Of a stretch of 64,000 nucleotides of DNA, positions 25,987-38,929 are shown piece by piece. Source of the DNA: Octopus sinensis (Eukaryota); NCBI RefSeq assembly GCF_006345805.1, contig NC_043007.1, forward strand, positions 48,794,001 through 48,858,000, written 5' to 3'. The notes below the pieces were generated by a model. It searched no databases. It saw nothing but the letters and a program-made list of their open reading frames with translations, and was not told the DNA's origin. Position 1 is the first letter of the stretch. Every line of letters starts with the position of its first letter. Both the position numbers and the translations under genes were made by a program.

Positions 25987-26229
25987 CTTATAAGACAAAG
26001 AAGAAAAAAATAATACAAAAATAACCCTTATGATTATTTATCATATTAAAACTTCTGATATTATATAAAACAATAATATAATGGCATAATAATACACTTG
26101 GCATGTTAATTATTGTAATAGTAAACAAGCCAGGATTTCCAAATTCATTATGTATCATGTATTATTCAGGTTGTCACTGCAAATTGTGCATGAAATAGCA
26201 GAGAACTATATAATATATATCTTACATAC

Positions 26230-26313
26230 CTTTCACATAAAAAGTCAGGACTGCTTTCTAAAGCCTTTACTTCGTCAAAAAACCTTTTGGCATGAATAGC
26301 AGCATTGTTATAA
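26230..26313 (-). CDS. PPP1R36: PPP1R36 exon
   Basis: tttcag|...|gtatgt; YNNAAIHAKRFFDEVKALESSPDFLCE; phase 2-2. Confidence 0.8.
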
Positions 26314-26779
26314 CTGAAATATTGGCAACAGAAAACTTCACTTTTATGAAACACATAAAAATGCTCTCACACACACATTACTGATGGTACAGCTTTAATG
26401 AAACACACACACAACACAAACATTACTACTGATACAGCTTTAATGTAATATGCACATACTACTGCCACCCCTATATGTACCCTGATATAAGGGTGATCTG
26501 TCACCCTTATTATATCAGAATCTGTATCCTATTCTGCCACCGCTATTATGATAATCTTTCTTACCCATTTATATTATCTCTGCTACCCCAATAGTACACA
26601 GTTTGCACCCATCTATGGGTGGTTTGCCACTCCTATTAACACACTCTCTGTACCCAGTTGTGTTAGGACTGCTGCTCTTTGTTATATCACTATCTGTACA
26701 TAACTATCTATGGCTTGCCACCCTGTCACCATTCTACATGTACCTATTTACGTAACAAATAAAAAGGCAGATGACTTAC

Positions 26780-26872
26780 CTGCTCCAAGTTTCCTTCTTT
26801 CTCTTCTCAAAAAGCCATGCTGACTTCTGTTTAGGTTCTGGAAACACTGAGATTAAAGCTGGAGATCTTTGG
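26780..26872 (-). CDS. PPP1R36: PPP1R36 exon
   Basis: ttgcag|...|gtaagt; NQRSPALISVFPEPKQKSAWLFEKRKKETWS resembles NMRSPVMSTLLP...FEKK. Confidence 0.92.
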
Positions 26873-28133
26873 CTGCAAACACATCATTGGGAAGTATTAG
26901 TGTGCATATCTTTCCAAGAAACAATATAAGATAAATTAGCACCTTATTTTGACAAAACAGAAAACAATAAATTTAAAGGAGGTAACGAACAGAATGTTGT
27001 CTTTCATAGCTTGCTCACCAGAAAGCAGGAAAATATGATGCTTATAATAGGGAATTTAAAGAGGCATGTTGACTTGGGCTTACAGACTGAATTTGTGAAT
27101 CTCAGATGATGGTAAAATTTTATTAAGGTTTACTGTGAGAAAATCCTTCAGATCTGAGATGTATAGCCATAACATTAAAAGTTCAATCCTACAGCACAGC
27201 ACCTTAGGCAAACAATTGTTTTGCCATAGATTTGATTATGAGTGAAATGGGAGAGACAAAAATCTGCCATAGATTTGACTGTAAATGCTATTGATTACAT
27301 AAACATTGTGTGGAAGATTTAGAAATTAGCCTGTCCTTGATGCTGGTTGGTAAAATTAATTTGTTGCTTAGGTGCAGACCTCCACCTGGCCCTTGGCTAC
27401 TTTAAATGGAATCTTTTCTGTTGGAAACATTCAGATCAAATCTGTCTGAAGACTCATCATCATCATCATCATTTAGCATCTGTTTTTCATGCTGGCATGG
27501 GTTGGACGGTTTAACCAAAGCTGGAGAGCTGCACCAAGTTCCAGTCTGATTTGGCATGGTTTCTATACCTGGATGCCCTTCATAATGCCAACCACTTTAC
27601 AATATGTACTGGGAGCTTTTAAGGTGGCACTATTACATGGCACTAGCATGAGTGCTTTTTACATGACACTCGCATAGGACTCTTGCAGGCCAGTCCTCTT
27701 CAGCAGGGGGAACAGCCTTAACATTTCTGCTGCAGAGTACAGGTCTTCTTGAGTACAGCAAGATACCTGGTATCTCAGTCCTTTGTCATCTTGTTTGAAA
27801 GGTTCAGTGTCCTGAGGTCATTCTAGATTATTTTTCCATTTCCTATTCCAGCCATGGCAGACCTGTGAAAACTGTCATGATGGTGCTTCCCTACCATGAA
27901 AACAATGTTTGTGAAGTTACATTATTAGTGTTTGGAGAAAACCTTACAACAAACATAATATCAATAATACTCATTTAGATTGACTGGTCCTTCACTTAAT
28001 TGACACTGAGTAGGTGAAAGGCAATGTCAACCTTGGTAATCCAAAAAGCAAAGAGCCACAAAGGCAAGGTTTGAGCTAAATTTTCACAATTAAGCAAAAT
28101 AAGATGGATGAAAGTAGTTATTGAAATACTTAC

Positions 28134-28163
28134 TTGATAAGAGCATTGATTGCTGGTCTTTTC
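28134..28163 (-). CDS. PPP1R36: PPP1R36 30-nt micro-exon
   Basis: aattag|...|gtaagt; KRPAINALI matches conserved KRPAI. Confidence 0.88.
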
Positions 28164-28866
28164 CTAATTAAAAATAATAAAAATTTGTTTAAAATGACAT
28201 GCTTTATATATATTCATATCATTTTGTGACAGGAATAAATAGGATTTCTAGCAATTATTTAGTAATTATAGTGAGGAAGATATATATTCACCATTTAAAA
28301 GTACACAAAAACTGCTAATTTAATCAAATCCCTTAGCATTCAGATTACTCTGTCTAATGTCATGCTTATTTATTTACATTGCTTTGAATTAATCATTCAT
28401 TTTCTTATAGCTTCAAGATCTCAGTGATGCAACTGTTTATTTTTAGAATGACATTGAAGGGTGGGTGTGAGAAGCTAAATCTGGCAGATTTGAATGTAAA
28501 ACAGGTTGAATACTTGGGCCAGATACGATCAGTTTAAATTCTAAAGGGGAAATATTTTACTTGTTTCAGTCATTAGACTGTGGTTATGCTGGGGCACTGC
28601 CTTGAAGAATTTTTAGTGAAATGAATTGACCCCAGTACTTAATTTTGTTAAGTTTGATACTTATTTTATTAGACCCTTTTGTAGAACCACTAAGTTACGG
28701 GGATTTAAACACACCAATACCAGTTGTCAAGCAGTGGTAGGGGAACAGAATCAGACACAAAAACACACACAAATATATATATAGGGACTGGGGTCAATTT
28801 GTTTGACTAAAACTTTTAAGGTGATGCTCCAGGATGGCTGCAGTTCAAGTAAAAGATAAAAGATAT

Positions 28867-29138
28867 ATATAAATTCCTGAATGACAAGGTAACAAGAATT
28901 ACACAATCAACTGCAGCTGTTTCTGCTATAAAAAGCAGTGCACTCAGAGCTGAGTGCTTGTGTATGATCTTATAGCTTCCTTGAAATTATTAAAAAATAT
29001 TTAATGGCTCCAAGGAAGCTTATAAGATTTTGCACAAGCACTCAGTTCTGAGTGCCCTGCTTCTTATAGCAGAAACAGCTGCAAGCTAACAGATTTGATT
29101 GTGTCATTCCAGTTATCTTGTCATTCAGTAATTTATAT
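28867..29138. repeat. ~270-bp imperfect inverted repeat (foldback)
   Basis: Arms pair, e.g. ctgaatgacaag/cttgtcattcag and tgcagctgtttctgctataa/ttatagcagaaacagctgca. Confidence 0.92.
29005..29088 (+). ncRNA. Degenerate type I hammerhead motif (right arm of foldback; mirror copy at ~28908-28988 on -)
   Basis: TGGCT-CCAAGGA-A-GC(T)TATAAG...CTTATAGC-A-GAAA-CAGCTG-CA-AGCTA. Confidence 0.6.
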
Positions 29139-29721
29139 TACATACTAATGCTTTATTTTGAAGCATATGTATATTAAGTTTTAAACAACTAGTTATTAAC
29201 ATTGCTATGCCTAACTGAATTCATAATGTATGTGTGCTTGTATGTATGCATGTGAGGCATGTTTTTGTTAAAGCATGTCTCTAGAGGAAGGTTACTGTGA
29301 TATAAAATCAGGTATGTAGGGAATGGCATTTAACATTTTGGGGATTCTTTGCTGATGTTTGGGATCATAGTGCTCCCACATTTATGAGCCTGCAACCCAC
29401 ACTGGCACTGGATATCTTGGCCTGGCTTGCTTCTGGATCATGTGAGTAGAGTGGAAAGGATCTGTGAGTATGGTGAGGTGTTGTGCAAGCCTTATTGGAC
29501 CTAAAACTTTAGGCTGTGCAATCACCGACAAGGTAACTATCCAATGCACTGTTGAGTAGGAGGGTGCCACAGCAAGCATGGAAGCTGCAGATACATACCT
29601 GGGTGAAGCAGACAGCTCGTGTGATAACCTTATGCACAGGCATTGCTGGCATTTTGAATGAGCAATGGTCAGTGATGGTCTTCTTTGGTGATGAGTAGAT
29701 AGCCATCATCATCACCATTAT

Positions 29722-31093
29722 GTATCATCATCATCATTTTTTAACATCTGATGTCCATGCTAGCATGGGTTGGATGATTTGATCAGGACTAGTAAGCTGA
29801 AAGGCTGCACCAGACTCCTGTCTTATTTGGCATGGTTTCTACATTTGGATGCCTTTCCTAATGCCAACCACTCCAAGAGTGTAATGGATGCAAGTTGCAT
29901 GACACCAGTATCATGGCATATTGCCAAAGGTCTTGGTCATTTGTCATTGCCTCTATAAGGCCCAATGCTTGAAAGGTGCTTTTGACATGCCACCGGCACA
30001 GGTCTAGTTACACAACAACAGCATCAGCCACATTGTCTTAGTGAGGCCCAATGCTTGAAAGGTGTTTTTCATGTGCCACCAGTATGGGTGCCAATTATGT
30101 GACACTGACATCAGCCACAGCTATAATTTCACTTGGCTTGTCAGGTCATCTCAAGCGCAGCATATCACCAAAAGTCTTGGTCACTAGTCATTGTCTCCAT
30201 GAGGTCCAACAGTCAAAGATCATGCTTCACTACCTCATCCCAAGTCTTCCATGGTTTACTTCTTCTACAGGTTCCCTCCACAGTTAGAGATCAGCACTTC
30301 TTTACACAGCATACCATACCAGTGCAGTCATCTCTCTTGCACATCTGATACCTCTTATGTCTAACTTTTCTTTCGAGATGCTTACACTCTGTTGTACATA
30401 CACACTGACATTGCACATCCAGCAAAGCATGCTAGCTTCATTTCTTTTGGGCCTACGCATGTCCTTGGTGGTCACAGCCTATATTTCACTGCTGTGTAAC
30501 ATAGCCGTTCACACACAGATATCATACAGACTGTCTTTCATCCGAGGGAGAGGACTTTGTTACCAACAGAGGAAGGCGCTCTCTCAACTTTGCTCTGCCT
30601 ATTCTTATTTTTGCAGCTTCACTCTCAGGACATCCACCTCCTCTACTAACTTAGTCACTTAGGTAATGGAAGCTATCAACTACCTCTACCTTATGCCACT
30701 GGTATTTGATGGAGTCTATTTTCTGTACATTTTTAGTGTTTATTATACTTGTGCACCTTCTACACACAAAAACCATTTTCCCTGTTAACCTTTGATATTG
30801 CTGCACTTCTCATGTGTTCATAACTTGCACCAGGTACATCTTATGGAATTTCCACCTATGTCTTTCCTATAGTTTGAGCAGGGCCATCTACTTGAAGGTA
30901 TTTGTGATTTGCCTGCTTTCCTACTTACTAAAACTTCAGTTTTTCCTAGGTTAACTCTAAGGCCCTTTGATTCTAGACCTTGCTTCCACACCTGTAACTT
31001 CTTCTCTAGTTCTGGTAGAGATTCAGCTATAAGAACAAGGTCATCAGCATAGAGGAGCTCTGAGGAGCAGCCTGTCTTACATTCTTCTATTAT
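29722..31093 (-). mobile_element. 5'-truncated RTE LINE
   Basis: ELLYADDLVLIAES...GLRVNLGKT; (gat)n tail; same family as 38930-42570. Confidence 0.9.
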
Positions 31094-31095
31094 TG

Positions 31096-31478
31096 TCGTC
31101 TTTCCTTTTTTCATTCTTTGGGATTTCTACCAGTCCTGCCAGTATATCGCATGTGTGTGTGTGTATACGAATGTGTGTATATATATATATATCATCATCA
31201 TCATCATCATCATCATTTAGCGTCCGTTTTCCATGCTAGCATGGGTTGGACGGTTCAACTGGGGTCTGGGGAGCCCGAAGGCTGCACCAGGCCAGTCAGA
31301 TCTGGCAGTGTTTCTACAGCTGGATGCCCTTCCTAACCTATATATATATATACACATTTGTGTGTATGTGTATACGAATGTATATATATATATACACATT
31401 CGTATATACACACACACACACATGCAATATACTGGCAGGACTGGTAGAAATCCCAAGGAATGAAAAAAGTAAAGACGA
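31096..31478. repeat. Inverted repeat with ~90-bp arms around microsatellites and an RTE 3' end
   Basis: ttgggatttctaccagtcctgccagtatat (left) / atatactggcaggactggtagaaatcccaa (right). Confidence 0.92.
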
Positions 31479-32019
31479 GCTATTTATGAAAGAAAGGGTG
31501 ATTTGTATTTTTTGTTGCATATAAACCTTATTGTTGTCTGTGCAATAAATGATAAAAAAAATGTCCAATAACAATCTATACAATACTTAATATACAAACC
31601 ATTCATTAGCATTTAATTCTGATGAAACTGCAAGATCACTATATGATTGCATATTCCTTATTACATAGTATCTTATGATAATTACTCTACATTATATACA
31701 ATTAACATACACAAAATGATATAGAGAACATACACAATGTTTTTATTAACATGTTTAGTTTCAATTCTATGGCAAATTTTAAAAAAATAACAACCATGGC
31801 TACTTTGCTAAGTTATTTCACTTTCAGTCACAATAATGAATTTATTTGATTTTAAAATTACATCTACAAAACATTTTCTCTCTCTCTCTCTCTCTCTTCA
31901 CCTCTCAGTTCCACACACCACATGACACCATAGTTAGTGGAAGTGGTTATTTCTCTCACTCCTCCTCCTTCTTCTTCTTTCTCACTCCTTGGCAGAATTT
32001 GAACCCAGAATAATAAAGA

Positions 32020-33053
32020 CTAACAGTATAGCCAGGCTTTGCTCGGGATTAAGTTAGGATTATTAAACTAATCAAGCTCTTTACTTCAAAGCAAACTAAG
32101 TAACATCGACGTCAAATTTGAGTGAAATCCATTGAAATTGGTAAACTTTTGGCTGAAATTTTGCAGACAATTTGATTGGAAAATCCCATAAGGAATCGTT
32201 TTATTGATTTTTTTCCGCTCATCGATTGCTTGTTTTTTTTTCATTTTTGGAGAACTTAAAGCATTCAAAGATCCCATGAGTCCTAAGTAATGCTGGCATC
32301 AAGTTTGAACAAAATACATCAAAATTGGTAGATGTTATGTTTGAAAAGTGTCAGATCTCTCCTTTCAAAAACATGGACAGTTTCAAAACATCGTTTACAA
32401 AATAATAGCTGATCATTTGCAAAGGAGCGTGTCTACAGTCAACACATAGGTCTTTTTCTCTGGTAACCTCTGCTCTTGCCCATGTTCACGCACGACCAGC
32501 TATATATTGCTACGAATAGAACAACAGATTCAGCTAATTTGGAAATTAGTTGTGGAGAAACGGAAAATATCGTTTATATTGTGTATATATAGATATACGG
32601 GCAACACACACACACACATTGCATACATGTGTTTTGTACGCAGACATGTTCGTGTGTGTGACTGAAGCCATTCACACATGCATACATACATAACAACACC
32701 TGTCTGTCTGTTTTTGCCTGTCAATCACTCAGTAAAAGACGAAATTTTAAAAAATCTGTTATCTCTCTCTCTCTCTCTTTACACCATCGCTAGAAGGGGA
32801 CTTAACTCATGCTTGTATGAACAATGGTGAATTTCTCCGCTGTGAAAATTGTTAAGTTATAGTCGAAAATTTATTTTTACTGCTATTCGCTGGTGCCTCG
32901 GGGGAAAATAATTTGGAGAAAATACAGCTAGGGTCGTGACGAATGTCCTCCTAAAATTGGAGCAACATGTGTGCTAATTTGTGGATGTGCATAAATTAGA
33001 TTCACGAACACACACACACACACACATCCTACCTTTTATATATATATACAGAT
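32020..33053 (-). mobile_element. Non-autonomous Helitron-like element
   Basis: Minus-strand 3' end cccgagcaaagcctggctatactgTTAG|T, like the copies at 20657 and 61319; (TA)/(TG) microsatellite near 5' end. Confidence 0.65.
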
Positions 33054-33195
33054 GAATGAAATACTGCAAGGCATTTTGCCCAGCATGCTAATGATTCTGC
33101 CAGGTTGCCACCTTAACTTCCTAGATTTATTAACTACAAAATGTTAATCAAATTATGAAAATTAGCTATATTAATCTAATTTAATAATTACTTAC

Positions 33196-33256
33196 AATTT
33201 TCTTTCTATTTTCATAGGTTCAAGATATGGTACATCATCTTTCATAGAAAACTGGG
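33196..33256 (-). CDS. PPP1R36: PPP1R36 exon
   Basis: ttatag|...|gtaagt; QFSMKDDVPYLEPMKIERK; phase 1-2 bridges its neighbours. Confidence 0.8.
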
Positions 33257-33414
33257 CTATAAAAATACACATTAAAATGAACTTCTGATAATTATCACTT
33301 TTTGGGGGGACAGACACACACACACACACACACATTTTATAAATATATAAAAAGAGAATTTTTTGAAAACTGATTAACTATTTAAAAATTTAATATAACA
33401 GAATGTCACAGGCC

Positions 33415-33808
33415 TTTATTCTTTTACTTGTTTCAGTCATTTGACTGTGGCTATGCTGGAGCACCACCTTTAGTCGAACAAATCAGCCCTAGGACTTATT
33501 TTTGTAAGCCTAGTACTTATACTATCAAGCTCTTTTGCCAAACCACTAAGTCATGGGGACATACACACACCAACATTAGTTGTCAAGCGATGGTAGTGGG
33601 GACAAACACAGACACACAAGCACACACACACACACACACATATATGACGGGCTTCTTTCAGTGTCCATTTACCAAATCCACTCACAACACATTGTTCAGC
33701 CTGAGGCTATAGTTGAAAACACTTGTGCAAGGTGCCATGCAGTGGGACTGAACCTGGAACCATGTCGTTGGTAGGCAAGCTACTTACCACACAGTCACTC
33801 CAACGCCT
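33415..33808 (-). mobile_element. tRNA-derived SINE (family A)
   Basis: Reverse complement of the 35281-35704 family. Confidence 0.9.
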
Positions 33809-34035
33809 GGGGAAGAAATCTTCCTATAGAGTGTATTTTTTGTGTTAGTGATTTTGTTTGTTGTTTTCTTTCAAACAAAAGTTGTTTTTAGTAACGGTGT
33901 TGACTATTTTTGGTTTAGTTTCAGTTTTAGGATTCTTATAAAGTATTCCTCTTTTACCTTTCATAAATGATCATTTTCATCTTTTATTTTGTTAAAAGGG
34001 GATATTTTGAATTTTGCATTTGCACAATTGTCAAT

Positions 34036-34447
34036 AGGCTTAGGAGTGGCTGGGTGATAAGTAGCTTGCTTATGAACCATATGGTTCCGGGTTCAGTCCC
34101 ACTGCATGGCACCTTGGGCAAGTGTCTTCTACTATAGCCTCGGGCCAACCAAAGCCTTGAGAGTGGATTTGATAGGCAGAAACTGAAAGAAGCCCATTGT
34201 ATATATGTGTGTGTATATATATATATATATGTATGTGTGTGTATATGTTTGTGTGTCTGTGTTTGTCCCCCCAACATTGCTTGACAACCGATGCTGGTGT
34301 GTTTATGTCCCCATAACTTAGTGGTTTGGCAAAAGAGACTAATAGAATAAGTACTAGGCTTACAAAGAATAAGTTCTGGGGTCAATTTGTACGACCAAAG
34401 GTGGTGCTCCAGCAAATGACTGAAACAAGTAAAAGAGTAAAAAGAGA
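34036..34447 (+). mobile_element. tRNA-derived SINE (family A)
   Basis: Box A/B (tggctgggtga, ggttcagtccc); internal TA/TG microsatellite; aaaagagt tail. Confidence 0.9.
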
Positions 34448-35280
34448 AAGTATGCTTACCAACATAGGACATTCCTAAAAGATTAATCTTTAATTTACTG
34501 TTTATTCACATTTGCACAATTGTTTAGCTTTGTTCCTGTTTCTGCAATGTAATTCTCATTGCATTGTGGGCATGTGATGCAGTAGATGAGTTTTTTTGCT
34601 TTGCATTTCCTGTTCACATTTCAATTCTTTGCCATTCTTCAATCATTTGGTTGTTCTCTGTTCAATTATTTCACATGTCCCACAATGTAGGTCACCATTG
34701 TTTGTTACCTTCATTATTTCTTTGGTCTAATTCTCTTATTTCATTGGCTTTATCTAGTGTGATGTTGCTACTCTTAACTAGTTTCCCTCTTTTTAGGGTT
34801 ACTTTGGCGCATTTTTCAAATCCAAATTTCATATCTATTTCTTTGGTAAATCCATGAACTGCCTGTAGTAGTGTTTTCAGCTGTTTGTCATTTGTAGCGT
34901 ATGGTTTTAGGTCATCCTTATATAAAATGTGGCTGATCATTTTGCTGTAACATTTGTATCCACATCCAGTTCTATTTAGCATATCAGATAGAGGTGTCAG
35001 TGCCAAGCAGAAAAGTAGTGGAGAGAGCGTGTCTCCCTGGAATATTCCTCTTCTAATGGGGATGGCTTTTTTTTTCATGAGTCCCTCTTTTGTTTGGAGC
35101 TGTAGCACTGTCTGCCATTTATTCATGGAGTGTCTTATGTATTTTATAATTGTTGGTGCTACCTTGTTAATGGCTAGTGTTTCAAGGATCCACGTGTAGG
35201 GAATGCTATCAAATACCTTTCGGTAGTCAATCCAGGCCATACTGAGACCTTTTTTCTTTCTGCGGCTGTCTTCAGTTATA

Positions 35281-35704
35281 GGCGCAGGAGTGGCTGTGTG
35301 GTAAGTAGCTTGCTAACCAACCATATGGTTCTGGGTTCAGTCCCACTGCGTGGCATCTTGGGCAAGTGTCTTCTGCTATAGCCCCGGGCCGACCAATGCC
35401 TTGTGAGTGGATTTGGTAGACGGAAACTGAAAGAAGCCTGTCGTATATATGTATATATATATATGTATACATGTGTGTGTTTGTGTGTCTGTGTTTGTCC
35501 CCATAGCATTGCTTGACAACCGATGCTGGTGTGTTTATGTCCCCGTTACTTAGCGGTTCGGCAAAAGAGACCGATAGAATAAGTACTGGGCTTACAAAAG
35601 AATAAGTCCCGGGGTCGAGTTACTCGATTAAAGGCGGTGCTCCAGCATGGCCACAGTCATATGACTGAAACAAGTAAAAGAGTAAAAGAGAAAAAGAGAA
35701 AGAG
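35281..35704 (+). mobile_element. Young tRNA-derived SINE (family A) nested in the R4-like RT
   Basis: Box A TGGCTGTGTGG, box B GGTTCAGTCCC; CpG-rich; tata(g) target duplication; splits host KAI|TEDSRRKK. Older copies at ~5020-5180, 7380-7705, 11270-11425, 22570-22935, 28555-28860, 44155-44340. Confidence 0.93.
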
Positions 35705-36222
35705 TATAGCTTTATTGATCATTAGTTGATATTTACAGCCATATGAGCCCTTGCAGCATCCTTTCTGCTCTTCTGGGAACAGGTTGTTTTCGTCCAGGTG
35801 CTTGTTCAATCTTTGCGATATTACTGCAGTAAGGGCTTTGTACATTGTAGGGAGACAGGTTATAGGTCTGTAGTTTTGTGGTTTCGCTGTTTCATTGGAT
35901 TTGGGAATTAAGATGGTTTTCCCTTTCGTGAGCTATTCAGTCATTGTCTCTGGCTCAGCCAGAATGGCGTTAAAGTTTTCAGCCAGCTTTTTGTGCATTC
36001 CTGTCAGATATTTCAACCAGAAGTTCCAGTTGCTTAGTCTTTGCAGTGCCTGAGTGACCTCTTCAGTTGTTATGGGTGTCCAGAGTTGCTCAGGTGCTAA
36101 GTTTGCTGTTTTAATAGTTCTTTTCTGTGGTTGTTCATTTGCCGACCATATTTCTTTCCAGAATTCTTCCACTTCTTCTGCTGTTGGTGCCAACTTTTTG
36201 GGGTTGGAGTTGAACTCTTGGT

Positions 36223-37262
36223 GCCTTCCTCTCAGATCGCTCCTTCCAAGTTAATGGTTCGCTGTCCAACGTCTCCAGTGCGAGCAGTGGTGTGCCTCAA
36301 GGTTCAGTGCTTAGGCCCTTATTGTTTTTAGTCTCCATAAATGACTTGCCCAACAACCTTACGCAACACACTCTTTTATTTGCCGATGATGTCAAACTAG
36401 TCACTCCTCGCAGTGATATAGATGATCTTCGTTGATGCCTCCACCAAGTTTGGAGATGGTCTAACGAATGGGACCTGTGTCTGAACGTGTCAAAGTGCTG
36501 TCATCTGCCTGTTGGCTCTTCTCCTGCAACTCAACTTGATTTCGAGCTGGGTCGTCTGCTGCTGGAGAAGACCGACCAGGTAAAGGACCTGGGTATCTTG
36601 GTAGATTCTTCCTTTTCGCCTTTGGCCCAGTGCGTCCATGCTGCCAACAAAGCACGCGGAGTTCTGTTTTTGATTCAACGGTCATTCGGAATGCTCACAG
36701 CAGCCATATTCCTACTGCTCTATGTCACGCTGGTGAGACCCATATTGGAGTATGGGATTCAAGCCTCTTCTCCTTATCTCCTCAAAGACATACATCATCT
36801 CGAAAGAGTCCAGAAGCTGGCTACCCGCATGGTTCTTGGTCTCAAGCATTTGTCTTATGAAGAAAGGCTGAAGATGCTCGACCTTTATTCTCTAGAAAAA
36901 CGCCGCCGCCATGGTGATCTCATTCTTGCTCACAACATCATAAGCGGAAAGTGTAACCTCTCGAAAGAGCTGTTCTTCACTCCTGCTCCAGAGCGTCGGC
37001 TGCGGGGTCACTCCAAAAAGCTCTATCTGCGACGATTTCATCTCAATCGAAGGAGAGGGGCTTTCTCTGTCCGGGTTGCAGATCTGTGGAATAAGCTGCC
37101 GGACGAGATAGTGAAGATGCCAACGACCGCTCGGTTCAAAGTCTCTCTTGACCAGAAATGGCCTGAACTCTTTGCATGAACACCCTCCCTGTACATAACT
37201 CCATGTCCCCCTACATGGCCTTGCTTTTTGCTTTTTGAGCCAAAAAATTAACTTAACTTAAC
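36223..37262 (+). mobile_element. Young 5'-truncated CR1-clade LINE nested in the R4-like element
   Basis: GVPQGSVLGPLLF, LFADDVK, LVRPILEY, LERVQKLATR, FSVRVADLWNKLP; (TTAAC)n tail; splits host FFEQ|NQEFNSNPKK. Confidence 0.95.
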
Positions 37263-38929
37263 TTTTGTTCAAAGAAATGTTGGCGTTTCTCATACCAGCG
37301 GATCCTGTGTGATTTGGCAAGGATATCTTGCTTTAGCTTTTCTTTTATCTCAGGTAAATCTTTTTCTGTGATGTATTTGCACAGTATTTTTGTTTTCTTC
37401 TTGTTGCTTAGTAACGTTGATTGTCTGCTAATTTCGTTAAGAATCGACAGATCTTTTCTCATTTTTTGTATTTTAAGTTATTTATCCACAGGGTTTGTTT
37501 GGGTGGTGGTACTCCTGTTTGGATGGGTTTGAGGGCGTATCCAGCTTCTTTTGTGGTGGCAGTGGCTGCTGCATATATTATGTCATTTAGCTCAGTGATA
37601 TTGCTATTTGTTTCAGTGGCTATTAGTTCCGTGATGGCCAGGTTTATGCTGTTTATTGTTGATGTTGTTTTGTTGTATATTTTTATTCTTGGGAGGTATG
37701 GTCGGTGGTCCATTCTGAGATCTGTGGTTTTCAGTTCTTTGATTATTCTAGTTTTTATAGTATCATAATCATTAGGTTCCCCTTCGTTCTTTCCAGGTTT
37801 TAGATGTGTTTTGTTTTCTTTCTCATTCGTATGTTTGTCTGTGATGTTTTGTATATCATTTTGCATCCCTACGGTCTGGGTTTGTTGTTTTTTGTTTACT
37901 TCATTTTCGTTGGAAACATTACGTTTGTATTCATCTTTTACTATCTCAGTGTTTATATTATTTGGTATTGTTGTGTGGCTTCTATCTCCATTTTCCTGAT
38001 GTATTTTTTTCTTTTAAATGTTCTATTTCTATTTCTGATATTTTTTGCGTTGAGAATATATCTTCTTATGTTAGTTAGTTTATTAGCGTTCATTGATGTA
38101 TCCAAGTCTTTATTAGGTTATTTTTCTTCCATATTTTATATATATATGTTGTTGTGTTTTCGTTGTTTGGGTAGAGCACTGCTGTAAAGTAAGCATGTAG
38201 GATTGAAATATATTCCTCACGTGTCCATTTATGCCTTTTTGGTTTTATTTGCAGGACATGAGGAACAACGTCTGTCCCTTTATTTTGACGGTCATCATTT
38301 TCATAGGGTACCGGTCTGTTCATTTCTGTTGTCACATTGTTTTGCATGTGTAGTTTTTCGTACTTTTTGTGTGACAAGTTTAAAGTACGCATTTCCCAAT
38401 TGTTATTCTTGGTTGAATAATACTGGTATTATTTAATTTATTTGTAGTTTTTTTGTACATGTTGTTTGGGGCCAGAGATGGTCTGGTGTTGATGGATTGT
38501 AATGTATCAAGCATGTTTACATGTTGTGCTGTACGAGAGGTGGAGATGATATCGAGTTAAAATACATCATTTCGTTTGGAAAATAGTAATAAATTTCAAT
38601 GAGTATTACTTACTCGGATATAGTCCAATCTTTTGTCAGCAATTTTTTGGCTCCATGCGATGTCTTTGTTTCCGATGTTTGTGGATAGATTTCGGAGCAC
38701 TGTTTTATTGTTCTCACATGTTAAATGTCCTCCGGAGTTCTCTTTAAACATCCCCCATTGTTGTTGTTGTTATTCTTTATCTAACTTTATTGATTTACTT
38801 ATATTTTCAACTCCTGGAATGCTTAAATTTACGTTTTTACAATGTCCATAAAGCTTATACTTACAGTGCAGCTAACTCCTACTCCTACCCCTAGTAGGGG
38901 CAACTATCTTAACATGCTTGAATGTTTGA

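Larger units (their letters stand above)
34460..38850 (-). mobile_element. R4/Dong-like non-LTR retrotransposon, decayed, with nested insertions
   Basis: HKWTREEYISILHAY, EQKGCCKGSYGCKYQLMINKAI, MAWIDYRKVFDSIP, GIFQGDTLSPLLFCLAL, HILYKDDLK. Confidence 0.9.

Noticed and set aside
33984-34472. 162-aa ORF
   Set aside because: Antisense reading of a SINE plus microsatellite
35281-35355. tRNA gene
   Set aside because: A/B boxes belong to a multi-copy SINE head; no full cloverleaf
36487-37179. Longest ORF (230 aa) as a host gene
   Set aside because: It is the C-terminal part of a CR1 ORF2 with a (TTAAC)n tail
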